From IMG/VR virus record IMGVR_UViG_2754412371_000001, positions 1 through 64,000 of that record: a DNA stretch of 64,000 nucleotides; one strand, written 5' to 3'. Of this stretch, positions 54,701 through 63,365 are shown in pieces; the first letter of the stretch is position 1, and every line of letters starts with the position of its first letter. The position numbers and the translations under genes were made by a program. The DNA is from a virus. Lineage: Duplodnaviria; Caudoviricetes. Under the pieces are notes generated by a model, which saw only the letters and a program-made list of their open reading frames with translations, searched no databases and had not been told where the DNA came from.

Positions 54701-56308
54701 GAACCCCGCACGGAGCGAAGCAACGAGTCGATTGCCCGTATCGGACGTGGTGCCGCCAAACGTGCCACCGAGCCGAATTTTCCCTTCGCGATTGAGTGCA
54801 CCAGATGATCCGCGAGCTTCCAGGTGCGCCGTCGTGTCAGTCGTGACCGCATCGATGACGACCGGCCCGGTGAACGGCGAGCTACCATCGAGCTTGGCGT
54901 AACCGCTTACTGCCGTCTGGGCCTGTGCAGCACTATTGGCCGCTGCTGATGCACTGTTCGCTGCATTCGTTGCGCTCGTCGCCGCGCTGCTTTGCGAGGC
55001 GGCCGCAGCACTGGCTGAATTCGCCGCATTGGTAGCACTCGTTGCAGCGGCGGTCTTCGACGAGTTGGCCGACGATGCGCTGCTCGCTGCGGCAGCAGCG
55101 CTGTTGTCCGCGGCAGTGGCCGATCCGGCAGCCTGGGATGCGCTCGCGGTTGCGTTTGCCGCCATCGCTTCGGCGGTCGCGTCTTGGTCTTGCCAGCCAG
55201 TGCTGGTGTAGACCCGCATCTGGTTAGTCGTGGTGTTGAAATACTCGCAGCCCACGACGAGCGGGTTGCCGTTGTTGTCCTTGGTCGGGTCGGCAGACTG
55301 CTTGCCCAGATACAGGGCGTTCATTGTGGTCAGGATGCCCTGAACCTGCGTGAGCACGCTACTCGCGCTCGATGCCGATGCGCTCGCCGCGCTCGCCGAG
55401 CCAGCAGCGGCCGTGGCCGAACCGGCAGCAGCGGTTTCCGAGTTCGCAGCATTGGTTGCGCTCGTGGCCGCAGCGGTCTTCGACGACGCGGCGCTCGTTT
55501 CCGACGCCTTTGCATTCGTCTCGCTGGTCTTCGCGTTCGTCTCAGACGTCTTGGAATTTGACTCCGATGCCTTGGCGTTCGTTGCGGACGCTGCTGCGGC
55601 GCTCGCCGAGCTTGCAGCATTTGTCGCGCTGTTTGCTGCGCTGATAGAGCTTGCTGCAGATGCAGAAGCAGAAGAACCCGCGTTCGAAGCGCTGTTCGCG
55701 GACGACGTGGCGGAGTTCGCAGCCGCGGTCGCCGACGCAGCCGCGTTCGTCTCACTTGTCATTGCGTTGGCCGCGCTCGTTGCAGCAGCAGACTTGCTCG
55801 CCGCAGCCGCACTTGAACTGCCTGCCGCTGCAGTCGCGCTGCCGGCTGCATTCGCCGCACTGTCCGCGGCCGCGCCGGCCGCTGCGGCCGCAGCGGCCTC
55901 TGCCTGCTGCGCGCCGTTCAGACTGGCGTGGATTTCACTGATCGACGCGGCGAAACCTTCAGGGCTGACCTCCTTGATCATGTCCTGGATCTGATACATC
56001 GCCTTCGTGAAGATCGCGGCGGTGCCGACATCGCCCTGCGAAAGCGTCGGAAGGTTGTCCGGCACGGTGAAGTCCGTTGCAACAGCGCAATCAAGACCGA
56101 TACCACCCTGCCCTTGATAGACACCGGCGAGCGTGAACTTCGTGCTCGTGCCATCGAAGGTCGCGTCGGCGGCAACCACATAGGGCACATACTCCCCAAC
56201 GATCAGGAAAATATTGTTCGCCCGAATGCGGTATGCCACGTTCTGACCGGGCAACGTAACGGTCTGACCGCCGTTGTCGATCGAACATTTGACCTTGAGT
56301 TGTGCCAT
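51791..56308 (-). CDS. Long tail fibre protein
   Basis: Ala/Ser ASETNA repeats; seven G(R/N/H)hLhG..(D/N)DG..hQV modules; DGNVWG..W tip motifs; followed by chaperone. Confidence 0.88.
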   Translation of the reverse strand: MAQLKVKCSIDNGGQTVTLPGQNVAYRIRANNIFLIVGEYVPYVVAADATFDGTSTKFTLAGVYQGQGGIGLDCAVATDFTVPDNLPTLSQGDVGTAAIFTKAMYQIQDMIKEVSPEGFAASISEIHASLNGAQQAEAAAAAAAGAAADSAANAAGSATAAAGSSSAAAASKSAAATSAANAMTSETNAAASATAAANSATSSANSASNAGSSASASAASSISAANSATNAASSASAAAASATNAKASESNSKTSETNAKTSETNAKASETSAASSKTAAATSATNAANSETAAAGSATAAAGSASAASASASSASSVLTQVQGILTTMNALYLGKQSADPTKDNNGNPLVVGCEYFNTTTNQMRVYTSTGWQDQDATAEAMAANATASASQAAGSATAADNSAAAAASSASSANSSKTAAATSATNAANSASAAAASQSSAATSATNAANSASAAANSAAQAQTAVSGYAKLDGSSPFTGPVVIDAVTTDTTAHLEARGSSGALNREGKIRLGGTFGGTTSDTGNRLVASLRAGFNGGTWGTEYLDFCLNNAGNDGRYDSKQGRVMRMTFGGRVLVGTGMTDDGSTTLQVNNSLLVSRFGSAQKIVLGASVLNTINSYSVASNASPLTINATTDANNSAVTGGNVGLNFQILGATKLAISQGGNVLVGPTVDDGVNSLQVSGGVRAGNYFINSQATGDSGLFGFNNSNGPNIAFYGSGTIGAGSLVFSTAFAERARFVASGRMLIGMTTDDGANAVQVYSAGGNGTGLLAVAGGNTTGMGGAVSFAANVGSAPMSQVKGVLDNKYSGGSYDQGGLAFLTRPAGNGAAGALTERMRVTNSGRVLIGTASDDGSSLLQVAGNTYFYGVSYFGQTSAKAWINADANAYYVYGQGNALVGSAGASGYVGLVSANAERLRVTASGRILIGTTADNGGDLLQVAGTVRGMNSIGALIASNGGGTGQTSVILSRDGAPADQKKWELMQGGDGAFSIRATNDAYSAAQNALCITRGSGSNVGNMMLMQNGGHVLVGTLTDDGANLLQVAGSGMFANAVSTYYGANDTQVTLSTSNWSGGATLEVFNKANTTKKNIAFAPWGGRVLIGTATDDGSTLLQVSGKGRFTGDVRTSDSNGFRVVFGNYGAFFRNDGANVYFLQTASGDQSGLWNGYRPFAWNLSTGYVSIDSTGAGTTLGGDVGVSGVLTVSKDARVATAGGNLMVGGVSYASGTNATIAPDGNVWGTQWGSQWLRTFLDNTFVHKSGDTLTSDLRVRAPNNSTAAGAVFARPDNTALAWLHGSMSTGGAYGYSSWATMNPDGSWRANVITVNGTDNSATIMNLRANGVTYFSDRITLDRAGWQADIGLHNNRPGYDSWTYLRARDGGGLEVINSAYNGVPWNVSNDGETWQGGNLHVGGATLQTDGNLWQGYRGRWLSDDMGKLDDAWNKANDAQLNRADRGAQCPIVALEEVGPYDMTQGTQFWIRRDSPWIMNGIGFAGGNRCWVRFAWLRNN

Positions 56309-56347
56309 CCGTGAGTGCCCTTGCCGACTTTCTAGTTGTTACGAGTA

Positions 56348-56365
56348 TAAGTCATTGCTGACTTA
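56348..56365 (-). promoter_or_regulatory. Motif copy TAAGTC-ATTGCT-GACTTA filling a TTGTTG-N17-TATACT spacer
   Basis: Upstream of tail fibre. Confidence 0.75.
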
Positions 56366-56390
56366 TCAACAAGGCACTCACATATTCTGC

Positions 56391-56579
56391 TCAGTCCTTC
56401 TTGTAGCGCTCCTTCACCTCGCTGCAGTGCCGGATCCACTCGAGCGTCTCGTCCGGCAACTGGATACCCTGCCGAGCCAGCGCGTCGAACCCTTTCATGA
56501 TGGCGTCGAGCTGCTCACCGATGTCCTGGTAGTCGGCCTGCCGCAGTGGGATCGGGTCGACCTCGTGATGGATCTTCAT
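56391..56579 (-). CDS. Small tail-associated protein
   Basis: R...Y.DIGEQLDA...W......VK.RY pattern. Confidence 0.65.
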   Translation of the reverse strand: MKIHHEVDPIPLRQADYQDIGEQLDAIMKGFDALARQGIQLPDETLEWIRHCSEVKERYKKD

Positions 56580-56935
56580 GCTTGTGTCACCTCGAAAATT
56601 GCATCGAGCATCGGCCACGCCTTCACGATCACCGGATAGGTGCCAGGCTGGCTGAATGACAGGGTTGCGCTATTGTCGACGCACTCATGCGCTTCGCCAT
56701 TAACGACGATCGTGCATGGCGCCGGCAGGTTCTTGAGCGACATCCCGTCAATGGTGGCCGGATTAGCCGGGCGACGCTTGACTTCACCTCCCTCTACCCA
56801 GTCCAGAGCAATGTCACACGAGGCACGCAACAGCGTGCCTCCCTCTGGCACGACTTGAATGTCGATCATTATGTCCGGCATCCGGGCACGCGTCGTGATC
56901 CTGCCATTGCTGTCATGAATCAAATAGTCCTGCAT
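56576..56935 (-). CDS. Tail-associated hypothetical protein
   Basis: 119 aa directly after tip protein J. Confidence 0.7.
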   Translation of the reverse strand: MQDYLIHDSNGRITTRARMPDIMIDIQVVPEGGTLLRASCDIALDWVEGGEVKRRPANPATIDGMSLKNLPAPCTIVVNGEAHECVDNSATLSFSQPGTYPVIVKAWPMLDAIFEVTQA

Positions 56936-56944
56936 GATGTTTCC

Positions 56945-59900
56945 TTATCGTTTGAACTCGATTGCGTAGATGACGTAATGGATGTCACCAGTAATCGAGA
57001 CGGAGTGATCGCCAGGCGGAAGGTTGGCCGAACAGCATCCATAGGTCGGCAAAGCAAGGCCGCCGGAGACATTGTTTTGCGCGTTGGTTCGCCCACCAAT
57101 GTATGCACCAAGCTGCTTTCCATCAACGCTGAGAACGCCGCCAAAGGCGCTCGTCGACAAACCACAAAAGATAAACAGCACCGGATTGCCCGTTGATCGG
57201 TAAGTGAATCCTGATCCGTAGTTGGACCCACTCGTGGTTTCCCAATAAACGCCTGTCGTCACTGCGTTCAGGCCGATCCGCAATGTATCGATCTGCGCTT
57301 CGCCGATGTGTGCGGCCTGGATCGCCGCATACTGTATCTTCGCGCTTGTGATCGCGCCGTCGGAGATCTTCGCCGTATTCACCTGCAAGTCGCCGATCTT
57401 GGCGTTGTCGATCGACGCATCGCCAATCAGCGCACTGCTGATGATGACCTTCGGCTGTCCATAGACCGCACCGATCGTGAACGGATGCACGCCCGCGTAA
57501 CCAGGCAGGTTCACAGAGAACGTGTCGGTGCGAACTGCGAACTCGCTTGTCGGCACGCCGTTCACCGTCGTAGATGCCAGGCCGAAGCCCGCCACATACC
57601 CGTTGTTGTCGATCTTGACGGTGTATTGCGCGTTCAAGCCGTTGATCGAGCTTGCCTGCTGTTGAATCGTGGTCGTGTGGCCGTTGACTGTCGTCGTCAG
57701 GTTCGTGATCGACGCCGCGTTCGCACTGTCCCCGTTCGCGCGTGCCGTCTGCTCGCTCGTAATCGCTGCGGTGTTCGAGCTCACCGAGCTCGCGAGTGTG
57801 TCGATTCGGCTCGACAGCGCGCTATCAGCGTCCGAGCGCGTCTTCTGCTCGGTCGTGATCGCGGCTGTGTTGCTGCCAACCGTCGACGACAGCGTGTCGA
57901 TGCGGGTCGACAACGCGGAGTCGGCGCTCGCACGGGCGGTCTGTTCGGACGTGATGGCCGCGGTGTTGCCGGCCGCGCTTGCCACAACCGCGTCGATTCG
58001 CGACCCCAGCGCGCCGTCTGCTGCTACGCGTGCATTCGTCTCGGATGTCACGCTCGCCTGAATCACCATCGGGAGCTGGCCGCCGGCCGTCGCCACGGGC
58101 CTCCCGTTGAGCACCTGGAAGGTGTATGTCAGGAACGCCTTCGCGTCGCTGTCGATCGCACCGGCGTATAGCTCGGTGCCCGAGCCCTCGTTGCTGCCCG
58201 GCACGCCCACGAGAATGTAGGCGGAGCGATATTTAATCTGCGACAGAACTGCATTGGTCGCGCCGCAGCGCACCAGCGCAGTCTGAAGCGCGCCGGCGAG
58301 GTTCCCTTGTGGCTCGTCGAACGTCCACACAACCACCGTCACCGTGTTCGGCAGGCCGTTCAACAGCGTCACCAGATTGTCGCGCGCCGCCGTGCTGCTG
58401 AAAACGTCGAATGACCCGCGCGTCGTCACGGCGCCGGTTGCGTCGATCGTCGCGACGTTGTAGCTGCGTGCGCCGCCCTGCAGCTTCACGCCGGACACGG
58501 CGTTGTAGAGGCCGGTGGCGGCGGCACCCACTGCCAATGCACCGTTGCTCGAGACACGGAACAGGAGCGCGTTGCCAAGCTGCGCTTGCACTGAGCTGAT
58601 GCTCGACGCGTTTGCACTGTCGGCATTTGCGCGCGCGGTCTGTTCGTTCACGATTGCAGCGTTGGCGCTCGCAACCGATGCAGTCACGGTGTCGATTCGG
58701 GTCGACAGCGCCGAGTCAGCATCGGTGCGCGCTTTCTGCTCACTGGTAATGGCCGCAGTGTTGTTGTTCGTCGTGGCGACAACCGTATCGATTCGGGTCG
58801 ACAAGGAGCTATCAGCGTTCGCACGGGCAGTCTGTTCGGTCTGGATAGCCGCCGCGTTCTGATCGACCCGCGCCGTCACCGACTGGACCTGGCTCGAGAG
58901 CGAATCGTCAGCCGCTTGGCGCGTCTGCTGCTCGGTCGTGATGGCCGCGGTCAGTGCGCCCTCTGCGACCTTGCGGGCTGCCGCTTCCGCATCGAGCGCG
59001 TCCTTGGTCGCTGCCGCAGATGTAGCGCTCGCCGCCGCGATCGCCTTGTTCGCGGCGTCGAGCGCCTCCTGCACACGCTGGTTCACCGAGCCGAGGCCGT
59101 TGCCGTCAACGAGGTCGATCCGCTGTTGAAGTTCGGGGATGAGCTTCGATCCATTCAGCACACCGTCCGCAATCGCATTAACGTCCATGAACGGCGTGTG
59201 GAACTTGAACTTCGGCGTGGGAATCGTCTCGTCCATCCCGAATGCATCAAACGGCACGAGCACGTAGTAGTAGTCGTGGTTGAACATCAGGTTCGGCAGC
59301 AGCACCGAGCTGTCTGGCCCTTGGTAGACCAGCGTTGTCGAGTCCGCGACGAAGTTCGGATCATCGCTCAGATAGATCGCCGCGCCCGCGAAATCCGTAT
59401 CGTCCGAGTGCGTGTAGGAGATCGTCACGCGATCGTAGTCGGCGCTCTGGTTCGCCGATACCACCGTCGGGGGTGGGTTGTAGGCATCCATGACCGCCGG
59501 CCGGCCGACGTTGTTGAACACATCGCGAACAGCGATTTCAACGGTCACGCGGCGATGCGTGCCATCCGCGACGTTCTTCTCGTAAGTGTAGATGTAGTTG
59601 TTATCGCGCGTGTGCTCTACGCGCAGCAGCTTGTGGCTGTGGTCGTAGATGCGCACCTCGTAGTCGAGGAAGTGCGGATCCAGCGAGCCGCTGTCCGCGC
59701 CGTTAGGCTCGGAACCAAACTCGAACGATTGCGTGGTCGAGTTGTAGTTCCAGAACAGCTTCAGATCCTTCCCAGCCCAGATGAAGTTCACCCCGGTCAC
59801 ATCAGCGACAGCTAGGTTCGATACGGAGCCGACCACCTTGTAGGTCACCGTGGGCGACTGATCGTAGCTCGCGCGTTTGCCCCAAACGTCATAGGCCACC

Positions 59901-62900
59901 GCTCGAACAGTTACCGTATCGCCCTTGTTCAGTCCCTTGACGAGGTAGCTCGTGTCACCGCGCACCGTGTCGGCAAGCACGGGCGCCGCCCCGTTGATCG
60001 AAAGGTGAATGTCAGCGCCCGCATACGCCCCAACCACCGGGTTCGCCCATGCAGCACGCACGTTCGTGAGGATCTGCGTCCCGGAGACGAACGTCTCCTC
60101 GTAGATCGTGAGGTTCTGGACAGCACTGATCACGCCCTGAGAAGGATCAATGGACGGCACCTCAAGTGAGCCGTAGACCTCTTCGTATTGGGTCAGGTCG
60201 TAGACTTCCGGCCGATACTCGATCGCCGTGATCGTGCGATGGAAATCAGTCGAGCCGAGCGTCACGCCCTTGATGCGGAACGGCTTCTTGACCTTCTCCG
60301 TCTTCCCGAACATGTAGTTGATGAACGGACCCGGCGCATACGACATCGGCGATACCAGTTGGATGGTGTCGGTTTGCCCCGGCGCCAAGACGACGTCATG
60401 CTCCTCCACCACATCAGTATCGATGAAAGTGACCGGCTGGCCGACCGAGAGTCCCGCAGTGGATTCGACATATACCCCATCCGGCAGCACGTTGGTGATG
60501 CCGACGTCGGTCCCCGACCCATTCGTCATGCGCATCAGCCGTCCCGACGGCGTGCCGTTGGCGACCTGCACGAACGTTCCGGTGATAGCCTGAATCACGG
60601 ACGTCCCGCGCGTGACCGTGTTGCTCAGGACCAGCAGGCGGTAGCGACCGCCGGCCTCCATCTTGACGAGCTTGTCGAGCTTGATGATGCTGTTGCTCGA
60701 GCCAACGGCGGTGCGGCCCGACTCGCTCCATGCGGGCATGTCGTGCTGCACCAGCACCACGTCGCCCGGCGCGCAGGCGATGGATTCGACCGGAGACTGC
60801 CACTCGCACGTCAGTTGCAGGTAGCGGTTCAGATTGAGCTGGAACGCGCCCTCCATATAGGCACGCTTGATGTCGACCACGCCATACAGGGTGATCGCGC
60901 TCGCGTTCTGATTTTGCCCTTCGAGCACTGAATCCGGGTTGGTGACCTTAACGGTCTTTTCCCTGTAGCCGTCCGTCCGGTCGAAGTAGGTCACATCGAC
61001 TTCCGTCGCGCGATCGACGGTGCCCAGCCACGTCTGCTTGAACGTGTCCTGCATGATGTTGCCCATACCGAACATCATCACGGGATCGGATGCGCGCTCG
61101 ATCGCGATGTAGTAGCGCGTGCCTACCGTGATAACCTGAGCGTGACCGACGCGCAGCACATAAGCGGAGGCATCCCAGAAGTTCATCGTCTGGTCAAGAA
61201 CCGCATTGAACGTCAGGCCGTTGGCATCGCAGAATTCGGCCCACTCGAACAGCGAATCCATGTCGAGCCGATCCGGGCTGAAACCGGGTCCATAGCGACC
61301 GTTCGTCGCCATGTCGTAGTAGACCCACGCCGGGTTCGCGTTTGCCGACTGCGCGGTCTGGATGACGCCTTTGTCACGCGTCATCGTCGCAATGAGTCGG
61401 CCGCCATTCGTGAACGTGACCGACGGGATGCCCGACAGCTGACTGTCCATCTGAACACGCAGAGCTACGAGCGCAGTGTGGTTATAGGCGACACCCTCGT
61501 AGACGATTTCGTTCAGGTCCGTGATATAGCACTCGGATTGTGACGTGTCGCCGGTGATGGGCTGGCCGCGGATAACGCGCGGGTTGCCGCTGCTCCAGTC
61601 GGTGTAGTTCTCGTTGCGCCGAACGCGAACCTCATACTTCCCTAGCGACAGCTGCGGTGTGAAGTAAGATCGACGCACCGTCGAACGCATCTTCTCCGTC
61701 ACGATCAGCGCGCCGCCGCGTCCGGGGATTGAGATCGACGTGGAGATCCACATTCCGCCGAAGGCGCTGATCCACGTCGAGTAAGGCCGTCCGACGTAGT
61801 TCCAGTATTGGTTCTTCAGCGCGGTGACGAGCGAACTGTCGACATCGGTATTCGAGTCGGAATAAACGACCGCGAAGTCGGTGATCTTGTCGTCGGGATC
61901 AATCGGATAATCATTGCCGAGGAAACCGCCACGGTAGACCTTCGGTCGAATCTTGACGTTCGCGTAGGACGGCCGGGTCGCGCTGAAGGGCGTCCAGTCA
62001 GTCGCCCCCACGAGGCGATAATCTGCCTCGATGACGCACGTATTGCTCTGCATGTCGCCCGAGTTACGATCGAGCGCAAACAGGCCGGCGGGGAACGTGA
62101 AGTCCAGACGAATCTGCTCTACTGAATCCGACGTCGAAAACTGCAGGTAGCTGCTGTCATGCGGGAGAATCTGGTTCTTGCTGTGCGGGACGATGACCTT
62201 GGAGAACCAGTCGATCACTCCTTGCGTCGGATCACCCATACGCGTCTGCACCGCGACTTCCTTGAACTCGCTGATGTCCCGGTCATTGAGGCGGATATTC
62301 GAGATCGACGCGATCGGGCCTTCCCCGGCGTTGATCAGCATGTAGAGGATCTGGCTGTTGTCGACGTTCTCGGTGTAGGCGCCGATGATGTTGCCGGCCA
62401 TCTGGAACGAGCCGTAGCACACCGGCACCGGCAGCCCCTCGGCACTGGTGTTCTTCGCCCCGTCTGCCCCGTATGTCGAGCTCGAGGCCAAGCTGTTGTT
62501 CGAGCTGTTCGTCGGCGTGGGCGGCGGCATGATCGCGTTGATCAGCAGCGAGCCGGCGACCGTGATGCCGACCGTCACTGCCGCGGTGATCGCGGTCAGG
62601 CCGGCCGAGCCGACAGCGGCTGCCAGGCCAATGCCACCGAGCGAAACAAGCGCGCCTGCCAGTTCCGGCGCGACAATCGCGACAGCGACCATCGCAATCA
62701 TGCGGAAGATGCCCTTGAATCCGCCGCCACCGCGCGGGATCGGGCAGAGCACGATGAAGTCGTCAGGCTGCGGGTATACGAGCCCGAAGTCCTTACTCTC
62801 GACGATGCCGCCGTTGCGCGACACCACCACTTCTTCAGCCAGCACCAGAGGCAAGTAATCTGCAAGCGTGGCGCCCGGCCGGTATGCCCAATGCTCCGTC

Positions 62901-62989
62901 TCAATCTCGTAGAGCGGATCCAGCGGGTTGACGATGCGCCGGACGTTGATGACCTGCGCCAGTTCGCTACTCTGCATGCTGATACTCAT
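56945..62989 (-). CDS. Tail tip / host-specificity protein J (with N-terminal gpI-like segment)
   Basis: PVPV.YG; GEGPI; NPAW..YD; FnIII-like region; EQTARA.AD.ALS.RID repeats; DUF1983-like YTVKID.NGYVAGFGL. Confidence 0.9.
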   Translation of the reverse strand: MSISMQSSELAQVINVRRIVNPLDPLYEIETEHWAYRPGATLADYLPLVLAEEVVVSRNGGIVESKDFGLVYPQPDDFIVLCPIPRGGGGFKGIFRMIAMVAVAIVAPELAGALVSLGGIGLAAAVGSAGLTAITAAVTVGITVAGSLLINAIMPPPTPTNSSNNSLASSSTYGADGAKNTSAEGLPVPVCYGSFQMAGNIIGAYTENVDNSQILYMLINAGEGPIASISNIRLNDRDISEFKEVAVQTRMGDPTQGVIDWFSKVIVPHSKNQILPHDSSYLQFSTSDSVEQIRLDFTFPAGLFALDRNSGDMQSNTCVIEADYRLVGATDWTPFSATRPSYANVKIRPKVYRGGFLGNDYPIDPDDKITDFAVVYSDSNTDVDSSLVTALKNQYWNYVGRPYSTWISAFGGMWISTSISIPGRGGALIVTEKMRSTVRRSYFTPQLSLGKYEVRVRRNENYTDWSSGNPRVIRGQPITGDTSQSECYITDLNEIVYEGVAYNHTALVALRVQMDSQLSGIPSVTFTNGGRLIATMTRDKGVIQTAQSANANPAWVYYDMATNGRYGPGFSPDRLDMDSLFEWAEFCDANGLTFNAVLDQTMNFWDASAYVLRVGHAQVITVGTRYYIAIERASDPVMMFGMGNIMQDTFKQTWLGTVDRATEVDVTYFDRTDGYREKTVKVTNPDSVLEGQNQNASAITLYGVVDIKRAYMEGAFQLNLNRYLQLTCEWQSPVESIACAPGDVVLVQHDMPAWSESGRTAVGSSNSIIKLDKLVKMEAGGRYRLLVLSNTVTRGTSVIQAITGTFVQVANGTPSGRLMRMTNGSGTDVGITNVLPDGVYVESTAGLSVGQPVTFIDTDVVEEHDVVLAPGQTDTIQLVSPMSYAPGPFINYMFGKTEKVKKPFRIKGVTLGSTDFHRTITAIEYRPEVYDLTQYEEVYGSLEVPSIDPSQGVISAVQNLTIYEETFVSGTQILTNVRAAWANPVVGAYAGADIHLSINGAAPVLADTVRGDTSYLVKGLNKGDTVTVRAVAYDVWGKRASYDQSPTVTYKVVGSVSNLAVADVTGVNFIWAGKDLKLFWNYNSTTQSFEFGSEPNGADSGSLDPHFLDYEVRIYDHSHKLLRVEHTRDNNYIYTYEKNVADGTHRRVTVEIAVRDVFNNVGRPAVMDAYNPPPTVVSANQSADYDRVTISYTHSDDTDFAGAAIYLSDDPNFVADSTTLVYQGPDSSVLLPNLMFNHDYYYVLVPFDAFGMDETIPTPKFKFHTPFMDVNAIADGVLNGSKLIPELQQRIDLVDGNGLGSVNQRVQEALDAANKAIAAASATSAAATKDALDAEAAARKVAEGALTAAITTEQQTRQAADDSLSSQVQSVTARVDQNAAAIQTEQTARANADSSLSTRIDTVVATTNNNTAAITSEQKARTDADSALSTRIDTVTASVASANAAIVNEQTARANADSANASSISSVQAQLGNALLFRVSSNGALAVGAAATGLYNAVSGVKLQGGARSYNVATIDATGAVTTRGSFDVFSSTAARDNLVTLLNGLPNTVTVVVWTFDEPQGNLAGALQTALVRCGATNAVLSQIKYRSAYILVGVPGSNEGSGTELYAGAIDSDAKAFLTYTFQVLNGRPVATAGGQLPMVIQASVTSETNARVAADGALGSRIDAVVASAAGNTAAITSEQTARASADSALSTRIDTLSSTVGSNTAAITTEQKTRSDADSALSSRIDTLASSVSSNTAAITSEQTARANGDSANAASITNLTTTVNGHTTTIQQQASSINGLNAQYTVKIDNNGYVAGFGLASTTVNGVPTSEFAVRTDTFSVNLPGYAGVHPFTIGAVYGQPKVIISSALIGDASIDNAKIGDLQVNTAKISDGAITSAKIQYAAIQAAHIGEAQIDTLRIGLNAVTTGVYWETTSGSNYGSGFTYRSTGNPVLFIFCGLSTSAFGGVLSVDGKQLGAYIGGRTNAQNNVSGGLALPTYGCCSANLPPGDHSVSITGDIHYVIYAIEFKR

Positions 62990-63353
62990 AGAACCCGAAA
63001 ACCCTCTTGCTCTTTTCCCAATCTGAAAGCCGCTCGATCGTCACGCCGCCGGTCTTGTCCCATGCGTGGATAAAGCGGCTTGCGTCGATGACATAGCCGC
63101 AGTGGTTGATGTGGCGCCCCATCCGGAAAAGCACGCAGCAGCCGGGCTTCGGCCCGTCGAGCTTTTTCCAGAAGACACGGGCGCACGCCATCATTGCCCC
63201 GATGCGCGCGGCATCCCCAGACACCCCGTAGTCCGGCGGCCGCTTGCCCGTGGCCTGCTCCGTGAGGTGCATCACCAGCCCGTAGCAGTCGAACGAATCA
63301 GGCCCGCGACCGCCGAGCTCAAAGGGGACGCCGAGAAGATCATGATAAGTCAT
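62967..63353 (-). CDS. NlpC/P60 tail assembly protein (gpK-like)
   Basis: G.PF..GGRG...FDC.GL; HCG..I....FIHA. Confidence 0.88.
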   Translation of the reverse strand: MTYHDLLGVPFELGGRGPDSFDCYGLVMHLTEQATGKRPPDYGVSGDAARIGAMMACARVFWKKLDGPKPGCCVLFRMGRHINHCGYVIDASRFIHAWDKTGGVTIERLSDWEKSKRVFGFYEYQHAE

Positions 63354-63363
63354 TTGTGACTTA
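63346..63363. promoter_or_regulatory. Motif copy TAAGTC-ATTTGT-GACTTA
   Basis: Contains the ATG of the NlpC/P60 gene. Confidence 0.7.
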
Positions 63364-63365
63364 TT

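Noticed and set aside
51791-56308. Diversity-generating retroelement or invertible tail-fibre cassette
   Set aside because: No reverse transcriptase, template repeat, invertase or inverted fibre copy in the window
57200-57217. Reverse-oriented motif-like GTAAGTGAATCCTGAT inside J
   Set aside because: Weak match, opposite polarity and intragenic; likely chance
7254-63363. Dispersed motif as CRISPR array or iterons
   Set aside because: Copies are kilobases apart, degenerate and tied to gene junctions; no cas genes and no regular spacers
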